Shown here: piece after piece, positions 1 to 8,829 of the stretch
Layout of the letters: every line of letters starts with the position of its first letter
Numbering within the stretch: position 1 is the stretch's first letter
Assembly: GCA_964619725.1 (NCBI GenBank)
Contig: CAZUFC010000151.1
Coordinates: forward strand, 1 to 18,235
Length of the DNA: 18,235 nt
Direction of reading: 5' to 3'
DNA from: an uncultured bacterium
GTDB taxonomy: Bacteria > CSSED10-310 > CAZUFC01
Made by a program: the position numbers and the translations under genes
Notes under the pieces: model-generated
The model's input: only the letters and a program-made list of their open reading frames with translations
Database searches by the model: none
What the model was told of the DNA's origin: nothing

Positions 1-28
1 CAATTATTCCCGGCAGCGGCCCTTTCAT
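1..28 (-). CDS. Possible 5' end of the next gene (MKGPLPGII...), running off the window
   Basis: ATG at 28..26 on the minus strand, 16 nt after the CHAT stop. The frame is open to the window edge. Only 9 codons are visible. Confidence 0.3.
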
Positions 29-44
29 AAGAATGTGTATTTCC

Positions 45-3000
45 TTAACGTTCCTCACCCACCAGAACAAAGGGCGCCCAGAAGAAGGGTTTCGCGAGAT
101 GCGAGTAATTTTCGTTTCGTGCGTATCGAATCATATTTATCCTGGCTTTTTGCAGGGCTTTATTTTTGGGCAAACCTTGCTTTAGATTCTTACAGAAATC
201 GACCATGAAGCGTGAGGTTGATTCGTCCGAGACCGGCCAGAGACTGACGAGAACCGAATCAGCTCCGGCGTAGAGGAAGGCGCGGGTCATACCGATTATG
301 CCCTCTCCTTTTTTCAATTGACCGCCGTGAGTCGAGCAGGCGGAAAGGATTGCCAGGTCTGCGTTGAGATCAAGATTGAATGCTTCGTATGCGTATAGGT
401 CTCCGTCCTCATAATTTTCTGATTCCGGGTCGCCTTCTGGAGCTAATCTGATTCTGCAGTAGGCGGGTTTTTCCTCGTCTTTTTCATGATGACCGCTGAT
501 AAGGAGGTACCCGTATCTCGCCGCTTCCGTTTTCACCCGTTTTTCGGTCGCTTCATCGCCGTAATACGCAGCCGATCCTTCATATAAATCCGTTATCCCT
601 CGTATCTCATCATCGGAATAAGGCAGAGGCGAAGCTGCATTCCTGAAGAATCTTTTCCATTTCCCGACCAACTGATGAGTGATCCTGTCGCCGGCAGCAA
701 CCGCGGTATGTTTTTGAGAGGGATTTCCTGTTCCGGCATATCGGGGCGGTTCGCTGAACGGTCCCAGCGCCAGCACGGCATTCTTCACCTCCTGTGAACT
801 TTTACTTTTCCGTATATCCGGATTCAGGACACTGGCCGACATCGCATATGACACCGGGTACCGTTCCGCTAAATACCTTATCCCCGGATCGTCAGAAACT
901 GAACTGGAAACACCCTTTTTCTCATTGGCCTTTTCATCGGCGTTAAGGGAACTGACCAGGGTTTCAAACGGCAAATAATGCAGGGCTCCGTCAGGGATTA
1001 TGATCAAACCCTTCTCTTTCGTGCCGGGATCGAAGTATTTTTCGAGAGGTTGGAAAATTTTACGATAAACCAAGTATGCAGATTCTTCATCGAAAACTAT
1101 TCCTTCAATGCCTGCGGATTTATCTATGTCGTTAAAACAGTCCAGGATTCTTTCAAGCAGCCTTGTTTCCTTGTTGATTCTGTCATCGCAGGGTCTGATC
1201 TTAAGTTCCGACGGGTCGATTTCAAGTTCCTGAATATGGAAATCTTTTTTTGTAACAACGAATGCCAAATGCCTGTCTTCATACAGGAAATATTCAACCA
1301 GGGTCTGCCCCGGTTCCAGTACTTTCTGCTGAACTTCCTGGAGTTTAAGCGTATCGCCCCTCATCAGACAGGCGTATTGGGGATCGCTGTTGTATATCCT
1401 GTCCATGAATGTTTTAAATTCCCTTTGAATCCTGTTTTTCTCCGAATTCAGTTGTTCGTATCTCTGCGTACCTTTTCCATGCAGGTCCAGTTCAACTTCA
1501 ATCTGATTCAGAACACTTCCAAGTTTAACTTCAAACTGCTTTTTCTTATCCTCGTAATCATCTCCGATTTTAAGATTAAATTGCGGTGAATCAAGCATAT
1601 CCAGCAGAGATCGCGCCCTGTAGTTTTCTGATTGGAAGAAAGCCTCGGCATCCAAACCGGCATCCTGATTTTTCAGGTGCATCATGTACAGCAGATCGAC
1701 GTACCCGGCGTAGACATCTGATAATTCATCGACTAACCCTACCCGCTGTTCTGTCGTCCTCAAATTCAAATAAATGGTCTCGATCTGCTCTATGGCAATT
1801 AGATACAATTCTCTTGACCGTTCAAGCCTGTTCAGTTTTTTGGCTGCCTCGGCCGTCAAATGACAGGCGCTGATCATCTGCATTGGTATGCCGACACTTT
1901 CTGCCGACTTCAATGCCTGGTTTCCCAGTTGTTCCGCCTGTTCGTATTCGCCTGTCTCAAGATAGGTCATACCCAAACGGGATTGAACCGATGATTCAAA
2001 CCTGTTTAAGCCGTATACCCGGAGTGTATCGTAAGCATCGCAATAGAAAGAAATGGCTTTATCAAAATGGCCTTCATCATATTGAACGTCCCCCAGACTT
2101 ATAAGCGCCAGCATATGATTCGATTCAATGAAATATTTATCTGTGGATGTGAGGGGGCTCAAATAAGGGTCCGAGCAGATGAAAACAGCCGTCCAGAATA
2201 CCGACAGGTCAGAGAACAGAACTCTCATTTTTTCGCCAAGAGCCTGTTTAAACATTATCGTTTCACAAATTTCAAGAGATTCCCTGAATTCAGATTCCGC
2301 AGCACCGTAATCCTTCAGATTCATAAAAGCATTCCCCGAATATATTTTGATTGCAGCCCTTCGTATCTCATCCTCACACAATTCCAGCGCCTTTTTATAA
2401 TATTCGACAGCTTCTTTTGTCTCGGACAGCTCTGCATGACAACTTCCAGAGAGCACGAAATTGGAAACTGTATGAGCCTTGTTTTTCATCCGAGTGCATA
2501 TATCCCGTGATTCATTCAGGCAAGCCATCGCTTTGGAATATTCAGACAGAGTGATGTAATTATTGGCCAGGTTCAGCAGACTGTTGTCGTATTCCCCACA
2601 CATCCCCGTATCTTCAATAATTTTCAATGCCTTCTCAAAATTCTCCACTGCTTTGCTATAATCATCCGCCGCCCAAAAAATCGTACCTTTTGTTGAAGCG
2701 CAGTAGCTTTCCAGAATTTGATTTTCTTCTGCGTGAGCAAGCTGCATGCTTTTTTCAAGATATTTCAGCGCTTCACCGGGCCGTCCTCGTTCCACGTAAA
2801 TTTTACCCATGTAGTAATACGCTTGAGCCAACTCCGGTTTCAATTTCAACGCCTTTTCCAGGTGCAATTCAGCCTTGTTTAAATTACCTTGATACAAACA
2901 GATCACCCCCAAAGCCAGGCGTATATTGGAATTCTGATCATCCATCCGCAAGCGCTTGCTGAGGAATTGAGAGGCATCAGTCAGCGAGTTTCTCCATGCT

Positions 3001-3458
3001 TGGATAATAGCATATCTGTTATGGTGAAAAACGCTGTTTGAGTAACGCTCGGTCAACGAGTTTTCTATCTTCACCATATCGTATTCCCGGCTGTCTGAAT
3101 CGACGAAAGCCAAAGCCCAATGAAGCGACGTATTTTCCGGGTTCTCACGAACAGCGCTTTCTAAAAAATTTCCTGCTTCCTCATCGGCTCCCAGACAATG
3201 ATATGATTCTATTAAACTGAACAGCGCTTCTTCATTACCGGGGTCTGCGTCCAGACATTTTTTCAATTCCTTGATGGCCTGGTCGTAATATCCGGAGCGG
3301 TGCCGCTCGATGCCTTCCCTGCATAATGTTTCAGGAGTTTCATCCGGGTTGTTTCGACTATCCGCTGCTCTTCCAGACTGCAGAAACCAAAACACGCAGA
3401 CGCCGGCGAAAAAGTATTTGAAAAAAGCATTAACATTAGCAGTCGATCTGTCCTTCAT
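45..3458 (-). CDS. Secreted/exported TPR-repeat and CHAT-domain (caspase-like, clan CD) protein
   Basis: 1137-aa ORF with an N-terminal hydrophobic signal-like segment and many TPR-like helices (e.g. AYYYMGKIYVERGRPGEALKYLEKS). CHAT motifs: AFFQSENYRARSLLD, LIIIPDGALHYLPFETL, LAILSACST, GEGIIGMTRAFLYAGADSVLVSLWPVSD, PFFWAPFVLVG. RBS AAGGAG upstream of the ATG. Confidence 0.93.
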   Translation of the reverse strand: MKDRSTANVNAFFKYFFAGVCVFWFLQSGRAADSRNNPDETPETLCREGIERHRSGYYDQAIKELKKCLDADPGNEEALFSLIESYHCLGADEEAGNFLESAVRENPENTSLHWALAFVDSDSREYDMVKIENSLTERYSNSVFHHNRYAIIQAWRNSLTDASQFLSKRLRMDDQNSNIRLALGVICLYQGNLNKAELHLEKALKLKPELAQAYYYMGKIYVERGRPGEALKYLEKSMQLAHAEENQILESYCASTKGTIFWAADDYSKAVENFEKALKIIEDTGMCGEYDNSLLNLANNYITLSEYSKAMACLNESRDICTRMKNKAHTVSNFVLSGSCHAELSETKEAVEYYKKALELCEDEIRRAAIKIYSGNAFMNLKDYGAAESEFRESLEICETIMFKQALGEKMRVLFSDLSVFWTAVFICSDPYLSPLTSTDKYFIESNHMLALISLGDVQYDEGHFDKAISFYCDAYDTLRVYGLNRFESSVQSRLGMTYLETGEYEQAEQLGNQALKSAESVGIPMQMISACHLTAEAAKKLNRLERSRELYLIAIEQIETIYLNLRTTEQRVGLVDELSDVYAGYVDLLYMMHLKNQDAGLDAEAFFQSENYRARSLLDMLDSPQFNLKIGDDYEDKKKQFEVKLGSVLNQIEVELDLHGKGTQRYEQLNSEKNRIQREFKTFMDRIYNSDPQYACLMRGDTLKLQEVQQKVLEPGQTLVEYFLYEDRHLAFVVTKKDFHIQELEIDPSELKIRPCDDRINKETRLLERILDCFNDIDKSAGIEGIVFDEESAYLVYRKIFQPLEKYFDPGTKEKGLIIIPDGALHYLPFETLVSSLNADEKANEKKGVSSSVSDDPGIRYLAERYPVSYAMSASVLNPDIRKSKSSQEVKNAVLALGPFSEPPRYAGTGNPSQKHTAVAAGDRITHQLVGKWKRFFRNAASPLPYSDDEIRGITDLYEGSAAYYGDEATEKRVKTEAARYGYLLISGHHEKDEEKPAYCRIRLAPEGDPESENYEDGDLYAYEAFNLDLNADLAILSACSTHGGQLKKGEGIIGMTRAFLYAGADSVLVSLWPVSDESTSRFMVDFCKNLKQGLPKNKALQKARINMIRYARNENYSHLAKPFFWAPFVLVGEER

Positions 3459-3576
3459 TGTTTTTCTCCTTAACTCCTTTTAGAAAAACGAAAGCGCTTA
3501 AAGGCTAACATAGAAGGAGGGCATTTTCCACCGTTCATTCCTGCCTGATGAATGGATCACAGTCTTAATGGCTGCT

Positions 3577-3735
3577 TCATGACGAACCGGACAGCATACA
3601 GCGATCCCTTAGAAGGGGTATGAAGCAGTAAAGAGGGACATAGCCGCAAAAGAAGCCCAAAACTATATCGGCCAAAGGGTTGGAACCATCAGTAAACGCC
3701 CGGTGCAGAATAACCAACCACGGGCTTCGCACCAT
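3577..3735 (-). CDS. Candidate 52-aa small protein (MVRSPWLVILHRAFTDGSNPLADIVLGFFCGYVPLYCFIPLLRDRCMLSGSS)
   Basis: Hand-translated. GGAGGT RBS (3747..3742) lies 6 nt upstream of ATG 3735; TGA at 3579..3577. The ORF is below the size of the ORF track and no homology was recognised. Confidence 0.4.
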   Translation of the reverse strand: MVRSPWLVILHRAFTDGSNPLADIVLGFFCGYVPLYCFIPLLRDRCMLSGSS

Positions 3736-3768
3736 CGGGACACCTCCAATGACTCATACCCACGTAAT

Positions 3769-3797
3769 TTGACTTGGACACACTCGAAAATTATGAT
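3769..3797 (+). promoter_or_regulatory. Sigma70-type promoter for the ABC operon
   Basis: TTGACT (3769-3774) - 17 nt - TATGAT (3792-3797). Confidence 0.65.
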
Positions 3798-3890
3798 CGA
3801 CTGGGGTCGGCGCTTTTTCGGGGAACTTCAGACATGCCTGTAATGTTTAAGAGTTGGGGAAAAAGGTATTCCCTGCCGAAAGAAACAGAG

Positions 3891-4679
3891 ATGAAAAAAA
3901 AGCGAAAATTTTTGGGAAAAACAGCGGCTGCATTAATTGTTCTTTTCTGGGCAATAATGATGGTGATGCTGGTGGACCGGGAGATGATTTCGCGCGAACC
4001 GGAACATACGTCTGAGTCTGTCATGCCTCTGTTGCCGGAGGGAACAGACTCGCGTCAATCTGCAATGGGAATTTATTTCCGTGAGGTCCGTATCGGATTT
4101 ATAGAGACCTCTGTTCACCGGACAGCCGGCGATACCATTGAAGTTTATTCTCGACTTGAAGCAAGCGGTGAGGGGTTGAATTTGCCGTTTATGGTCCAGG
4201 TTCCCGGATTGTCGGGCGTTATGCATCTGGAAATGACCGGGGAGAATCGTCTGATTTCATGCAGGATCAGTATCGAAGAGCCGGTAAAACTCCGCATGAT
4301 CGGCGAATCGTTGAATGGCGGAATCATGTTGAGAACGTATGACGAATCGGGAATGGTTTCTGAGCAGGAGATGTCCTTTGATACAGCAGGCCTGCCCGCC
4401 GGCTTCCTGACGCCTTTTTACTCCAGCAGGAAACTGGAAGTCGGAAACAGTTGGAATATATCGGTATGGGACCCTTTCACGAGGCGGGTCAACGACGTAA
4501 AAGTCGTCGTGGATTCTCAGGATGTTTTGGAGTATGACGGACGTCTCTCAGACGTGTATATTTTGAAGTTGCAATATGATTCCGTTGAGCTGCAATCCTG
4601 GGTTACGCCTGACGGAGAAGTCGTCCGTCAGGACACTCTGTTCGGATTCTCTTTGAGGAAGGAGCCGGAGAAAAATTGA
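3891..4679 (+). CDS. Membrane-anchored/periplasmic hypothetical protein (beta-rich), first gene of the ABC exporter operon
   Basis: The ORF track gives 3774..4679. ATG 3891 is preferred because it starts a basic-plus-hydrophobic anchor (MKKKRKFLGKTAAALIVLFWAIMMVMLV) and the promoter overlaps the longer start. The stop overlaps the next start (TTGA). Confidence 0.8.
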   Translation: MKKKRKFLGKTAAALIVLFWAIMMVMLVDREMISREPEHTSESVMPLLPEGTDSRQSAMGIYFREVRIGFIETSVHRTAGDTIEVYSRLEASGEGLNLPFMVQVPGLSGVMHLEMTGENRLISCRISIEEPVKLRMIGESLNGGIMLRTYDESGMVSEQEMSFDTAGLPAGFLTPFYSSRKLEVGNSWNISVWDPFTRRVNDVKVVVDSQDVLEYDGRLSDVYILKLQYDSVELQSWVTPDGEVVRQDTLFGFSLRKEPEKN

Positions 4680-5431
4680 TTTCAATCGTCGAGGCATCAA
4701 AAAGTTACGGGAACAAGAGGGCGGTGTCCGATCTGAATATTGAGCTGAAGGCTGGAGAGCTGTTTGCTTTTCTTGGTCCTAACGGAGCGGGAAAAACCAC
4801 GACCATCAAAATGATAGCGGGTTTGTTGAAACCGGATAAGGGACGCATAACGATCAGAGGATGTGATGTGCAGAAAAGCTACGTGGAAGCTAAGTCCCTG
4901 ATCAGTTACGTTCCCGATCAACCCTATGTCTATGATAAACTCTCCGGTCGCGAGCTTTTATATTTTATCGGTCGAATGTACGGACTTGATAAAACGGCGG
5001 TACGAGAGAAAACGGCTGACTTGTCGAAAATTTTCGAGCTGACGGACTTCATTGACGATCTTTGCGAAAGTTATTCGCATGGGATGAAGCAGCGACTGGT
5101 GATCAGTGCGGCGCTCATCCACGACCCCGCAGTGATATTGATTGACGAGCCCATGGTCGGCCTGGACCCTAAAAGTGCGGACCTGGTTAAAAAAATCCTT
5201 AAACAGAAAACGGCTTCGGGTTCAACCGTATTTTTGTCGACTCACACCTTATCCGTTGCAGAAGAAATAGCGGACCGGATAGGCATCATCAATAAAAGCC
5301 GCCTGATCAGCCTGGGAACTCTGGATGAACTCCGGGCATCCGCACAAACAAACGGCAGATTGGAAGAAGCTTTCCTGCGGATCACCGACCCGGAATACCA
5401 TGAAAACTCCGTGCAGGAAAAAAGGATATGA
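4676..5431 (+). CDS. ABC transporter ATP-binding protein (ABC-2 type exporter)
   Basis: Walker A GPNGAGKTT, signature-like YSHGMKQR, Walker B ILIDEP, H-loop STH. Confidence 0.96.
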   Translation: MISIVEASKSYGNKRAVSDLNIELKAGELFAFLGPNGAGKTTTIKMIAGLLKPDKGRITIRGCDVQKSYVEAKSLISYVPDQPYVYDKLSGRELLYFIGRMYGLDKTAVREKTADLSKIFELTDFIDDLCESYSHGMKQRLVISAALIHDPAVILIDEPMVGLDPKSADLVKKILKQKTASGSTVFLSTHTLSVAEEIADRIGIINKSRLISLGTLDELRASAQTNGRLEEAFLRITDPEYHENSVQEKRI

Positions 5432-5480
5432 ATGCTCTGAAGCGGACAGCAACCTTATTGAAGACAAAACCGGTTCATCC

Positions 5481-7178
5481 ATGAAGGAAATTAAAAATAA
5501 TCTTCTGGTTCTGTTGCAGTTACGTGAGGCGACCGTTAAAAACTCGATAAAGCAGTTGAAACATGAATCCCGATTGAAAATTGCGTTCGTTACTGTTTTC
5601 GGCAGCCTGCTCTGGATCGGACTTTTCCTTTTCTTCCTGGAAGGTTTTAATTTTATCTCCGTTCATCTGCAGGAACTCAAATCGCTGTTGACGGAGTATC
5701 TTTTACTGATTTTTTTCATTACTTTGCTTCTGATGTTGGCGGTCAGCAACGGCATTATCGCTTATACCGCGCTTTTCAAATCGAAAGAAACATCCTTCCT
5801 GGCCGCGCTGCCTGTGACTTACAAGCAGTTATTCCTGTATAAGTTCAGCGAATCGATCTTTTTCAGTTCGTGGGCCATAATGCTGCTGGGCATACCGCTC
5901 CTGGCGGCATACGGCATAGACCGAAGCGTCGCCTGGCATTTTTATCCCGTCAGCTTTTCCTTTTTACTTTTATTTATTCTGATCCCAGCGGAAATCGGCG
6001 GTTTTTCCGCTCTCGTCATCACCAGGTATTTTCCGAAGATCAGGCGATATGCCGGCTGGGGACTGGCGGCGGCTGCAGCGCTTCTGACGGCATTGGCGGC
6101 GTTTCATTTTTTCTCAGGTTTTTCCGATGAAGAGCTTTTCACGGCAAGCGGCATAAAAAGCATCCTGGAAAAGCTGGGATTCAGCCGTAATCCTTTTCTG
6201 CCCAGTTACTGGACGGTTCGGGGCATTACGGAAGCGGCGAAATCCGAGTGGTCTGAAGCGATATTTTACTGGTTTCTTCTTTTAAGCAATGCAGCGTTCG
6301 GATTTTTGGTCTGTCTGAAGAGCGCCGGATTCTTTTATAAAACCGCCTGGTCGGCATCACAAACGCCGATGAAAAAACAGAGAAAAAAACGTAAACGGTC
6401 GTTTTATGCTATATTGGATCATCTTCTTTTCTTTTTAAATCATAAATCGCGTCTGCTTGTCATAAAAGACGTTAAAACGTTTTTCCGTGATCCGTCGCAA
6501 TGGTCCCAGACATTGATATTTTTCGGTCTGCTGGGAGTTTACATACTCAATCTTCGAAATTTATCCTACGACATCACCAGCCGGTTCTGGAAGAACCTCA
6601 TTTCCGTGATAAACGTTTCTGCGGCGGGATTGACGTTATCCACGTTCACCGGCAGGTTCGTGTTTCCGACATTGAGTCTTGAGGGCAGGAAGTTCTGGCT
6701 ACTGGGTCTAATGCCCATCCGAAGACGCTCCATACTTTTCTGCAAGTTTTTTTTCAGTCTTCTGTTGACCCTTTTTATCAGCGAACCGTTGATATTTCTT
6801 TCCGACTGGATGCTCATGATGTCCTGGGATGTAATTCTGTTCCACGCCGGACTGATTTTTTTGATCTGCCTTGGATTGTCGGGACTGGCCGTCGGGTTGG
6901 GAGCGACTTTTCCGATAATGACGGAAGATAATCCTTCGCGTATCGTGTCAAGTTACGGAGGAACACTGAATTTTATCCTGAGTCTGATTTTTATAGGACT
7001 CATTATAGGTTTGACGGCCATCCCGTTTCATTTTTACGCGGTTAAAATCAGGCTGCCCATCGACAATTACAATTTGTGGCTGACTTTATCGATCGTCGGC
7101 GCTGTCGTAATAAGTCTTGCTGCGGCTCTAATCCCCATGGCCGCGGGCATCAGGTCATTTGAAAGAAGGGAATTTTAA
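5481..7178 (+). CDS. Putative ABC exporter permease (large multi-TM subunit)
   Basis: Many hydrophobic segments in two halves, with KD.KTFFRDPSQWSQ and SLEGRKFWLL motifs. Follows the ATPase gene. ATG 5481 is chosen over the overlapping 5325 start. Confidence 0.88.
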   Translation: MKEIKNNLLVLLQLREATVKNSIKQLKHESRLKIAFVTVFGSLLWIGLFLFFLEGFNFISVHLQELKSLLTEYLLLIFFITLLLMLAVSNGIIAYTALFKSKETSFLAALPVTYKQLFLYKFSESIFFSSWAIMLLGIPLLAAYGIDRSVAWHFYPVSFSFLLLFILIPAEIGGFSALVITRYFPKIRRYAGWGLAAAAALLTALAAFHFFSGFSDEELFTASGIKSILEKLGFSRNPFLPSYWTVRGITEAAKSEWSEAIFYWFLLLSNAAFGFLVCLKSAGFFYKTAWSASQTPMKKQRKKRKRSFYAILDHLLFFLNHKSRLLVIKDVKTFFRDPSQWSQTLIFFGLLGVYILNLRNLSYDITSRFWKNLISVINVSAAGLTLSTFTGRFVFPTLSLEGRKFWLLGLMPIRRRSILFCKFFFSLLLTLFISEPLIFLSDWMLMMSWDVILFHAGLIFLICLGLSGLAVGLGATFPIMTEDNPSRIVSSYGGTLNFILSLIFIGLIIGLTAIPFHFYAVKIRLPIDNYNLWLTLSIVGAVVISLAAALIPMAAGIRSFERREF

Positions 7179-7202
7179 CCCGAACAATAACTCAAAGCGG
7201 CT

Positions 7203-7246
7203 GTCCGCCCCGGTATGTTGAATTAAAAATGAACGCACGGGCGGGC
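7203..7246. terminator. GC-rich hairpin between convergent genes; possible bidirectional terminator
   Basis: GTCCGCCC (7203-7210) pairs with GGGCGGGC (7239-7246), with one G-U pair. It lies between the stops at 7178 and 7252 and has no clear U-tract. Confidence 0.4.
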
Positions 7247-7251
7247 GTCTG

Positions 7252-8523
7252 CTAATCTGTCCACATCTGAAAACCGAAAAGCGGAACCTTGTGGAACCAG
7301 TGAAAGCCCCAGAAATTGGCGAATACGGAGAGAACTATGAAGATGACGGCGATTTTCCAGAGTTTTCCTTTCAGGCCGATAGCCGTCAAAATCATAAGGA
7401 AGGGTAGAAAATCCAGGACGAAACGGTAACCGAACTGCATCCATCCGGTATTGTAATAGGTAAGATTCGGCAGTGAAATGAACAAAGCGGAAAGAAAAGC
7501 CCCGATGCTCAAGGGGGAGAACCTCAGTCCCAAAATGAAAAACAGAAGAGCGGGAGAGACAAAAAGAAGGCCGTTGCCCCAGTAATCGGGTTCAATGTAA
7601 GGGGAATAGCCGGCTTTAATAATTTCGGGCGGAGCTATTAAAAAATGATACAGGTTCCTTTTAAGGAAATGTAAATCAAACAAACCGTATTCATTCAAAT
7701 CATGATTCAACCTCAGGGCGATGTTCATGCCGCTGTAACCGAATTCCAGGGGTGCGCCGAATCGAAAATAATTATAAAGCGCCGTCAAAGCGAGCGCGCA
7801 ACTCAGCGCTGCGCCGAAAAGAATAACTTTTTTGAATCGACGGGACGGCGGCGCTTTTTCCTTTTTCGTCTCATTGAGCATCATGCCCAGGTAGAAGGGG
7901 AATCCGAACCACACTGCGGTCCGGCACAGACCGGCCAAACCAAGCGCTGCCCCGGCCGCGACGGGACGTTTGCGGCCCAGGCATTCTATTATGTACAAAA
8001 GTAAGAAGAATACAGCGATCACGTGAGCGAAATGCCAGACGGCGCCGGAGAGGACATTATACCAGTGCACCGTTCCCAGCCCGAACAGAACGGTCAGTCC
8101 GATACGCCTGGACATAGTCAGTTTTACCGGAATGCGTTTAAATATGATCCACATGAAAACGCAATTCAGCGCTCCGAAAACGTAAGATATCAGTTGTTCC
8201 TTGACCTTTAATCCGAATGCCGCGGTGAACGGCAGTAAAATGACTGCGGGCAAGGGGGGAAAAGCCACGTACCAGGTTCCGTTCATATTGGTCATATCCA
8301 CTTGAGTAAAAGGTTCGGCGCCCAGGTCCAATCGACCCTCCAGCATAGCCTGAGCCAGATGAACATAATGCCGGGCATGCCCCCATACGACTACGTTCCT
8401 GCCGGTGTATGCGTAAACGCTCAAGAAAACGATGAATACTAAAACTACCCCCGCCGGTCCCTTCAACTTCCGTAAAAACAACCCTTTGGAATCCGTACTT
8501 TTCTTCTCTCTTCTTTCAGCCAT
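7252..8523 (-). CDS. Multi-pass membrane protein, probable GT-C fold glycosyltransferase (polyprenyl-phosphate-sugar dependent)
   Basis: 423 aa with roughly 10 TM segments. A periplasmic loop after TM1 carries VDM...WYVAFPPLPA; also YNYFRFGAPLEFGY and C-terminal GWMQFGYRFVLD, typical of GT-C-like proteins. Confidence 0.7.
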   Translation of the reverse strand: MAERREKKSTDSKGLFLRKLKGPAGVVLVFIVFLSVYAYTGRNVVVWGHARHYVHLAQAMLEGRLDLGAEPFTQVDMTNMNGTWYVAFPPLPAVILLPFTAAFGLKVKEQLISYVFGALNCVFMWIIFKRIPVKLTMSRRIGLTVLFGLGTVHWYNVLSGAVWHFAHVIAVFFLLLYIIECLGRKRPVAAGAALGLAGLCRTAVWFGFPFYLGMMLNETKKEKAPPSRRFKKVILFGAALSCALALTALYNYFRFGAPLEFGYSGMNIALRLNHDLNEYGLFDLHFLKRNLYHFLIAPPEIIKAGYSPYIEPDYWGNGLLFVSPALLFFILGLRFSPLSIGAFLSALFISLPNLTYYNTGWMQFGYRFVLDFLPFLMILTAIGLKGKLWKIAVIFIVLSVFANFWGFHWFHKVPLFGFQMWTD

Positions 8524-8669
8524 TACAACCGTCCTTCCGCTTCCACGATTTTCCGGTTCCCTTAATTTAAAAATCGAACCAGTTCTACTCGGTCTCCTCT
8601 ATAAAACAATTTAATAAGCGCATGTCAAGATTGAAAAAACAAAATGTTCGGTCTTTATTCCCCGAATGG

Positions 8670-8826
8670 GTCGCCAGCAACGATAAACAACTCATCTTCA
8701 ATAATAACGGCAATGCCGCAGGCTGAAATCTATTACAACAATTCCAACGGCAATCTCGGCATAGGAACATCTTCTCCTGCTGAACTCCTCGACGTAAACG
8801 GCGCTTTCAAAGTCGGCTGCACAACC
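8670..8826 (+). pseudogene. Frameshifted fragment of a tail-fibre-like/beta-repeat surface protein
   Basis: Frame A (8670-8723) reads VASNDKQLIFNNNGNAAG, then TGA. Frame B (from 8722) reads AEIYYNNSNGNLGIGTSSPAELLDVNGAFKVG, containing the GNxGIGTxxPxxxLDVNG repeat motif. No plausible full gene surrounds it. Confidence 0.65.
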
Positions 8827-8829
8827 CGG

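Noticed and set aside
978-3220. Plus-strand ORFs antisense to the CHAT gene (and similar shadows such as 16454..17065)
   Set aside because: They lie fully opposite well-supported genes and have no recognisable motifs.
3774-3890. Longer N-terminal extension of the first ABC-operon gene
   Set aside because: The TTG start lies within a good sigma70 promoter, and the signal/anchor begins at ATG 3891.
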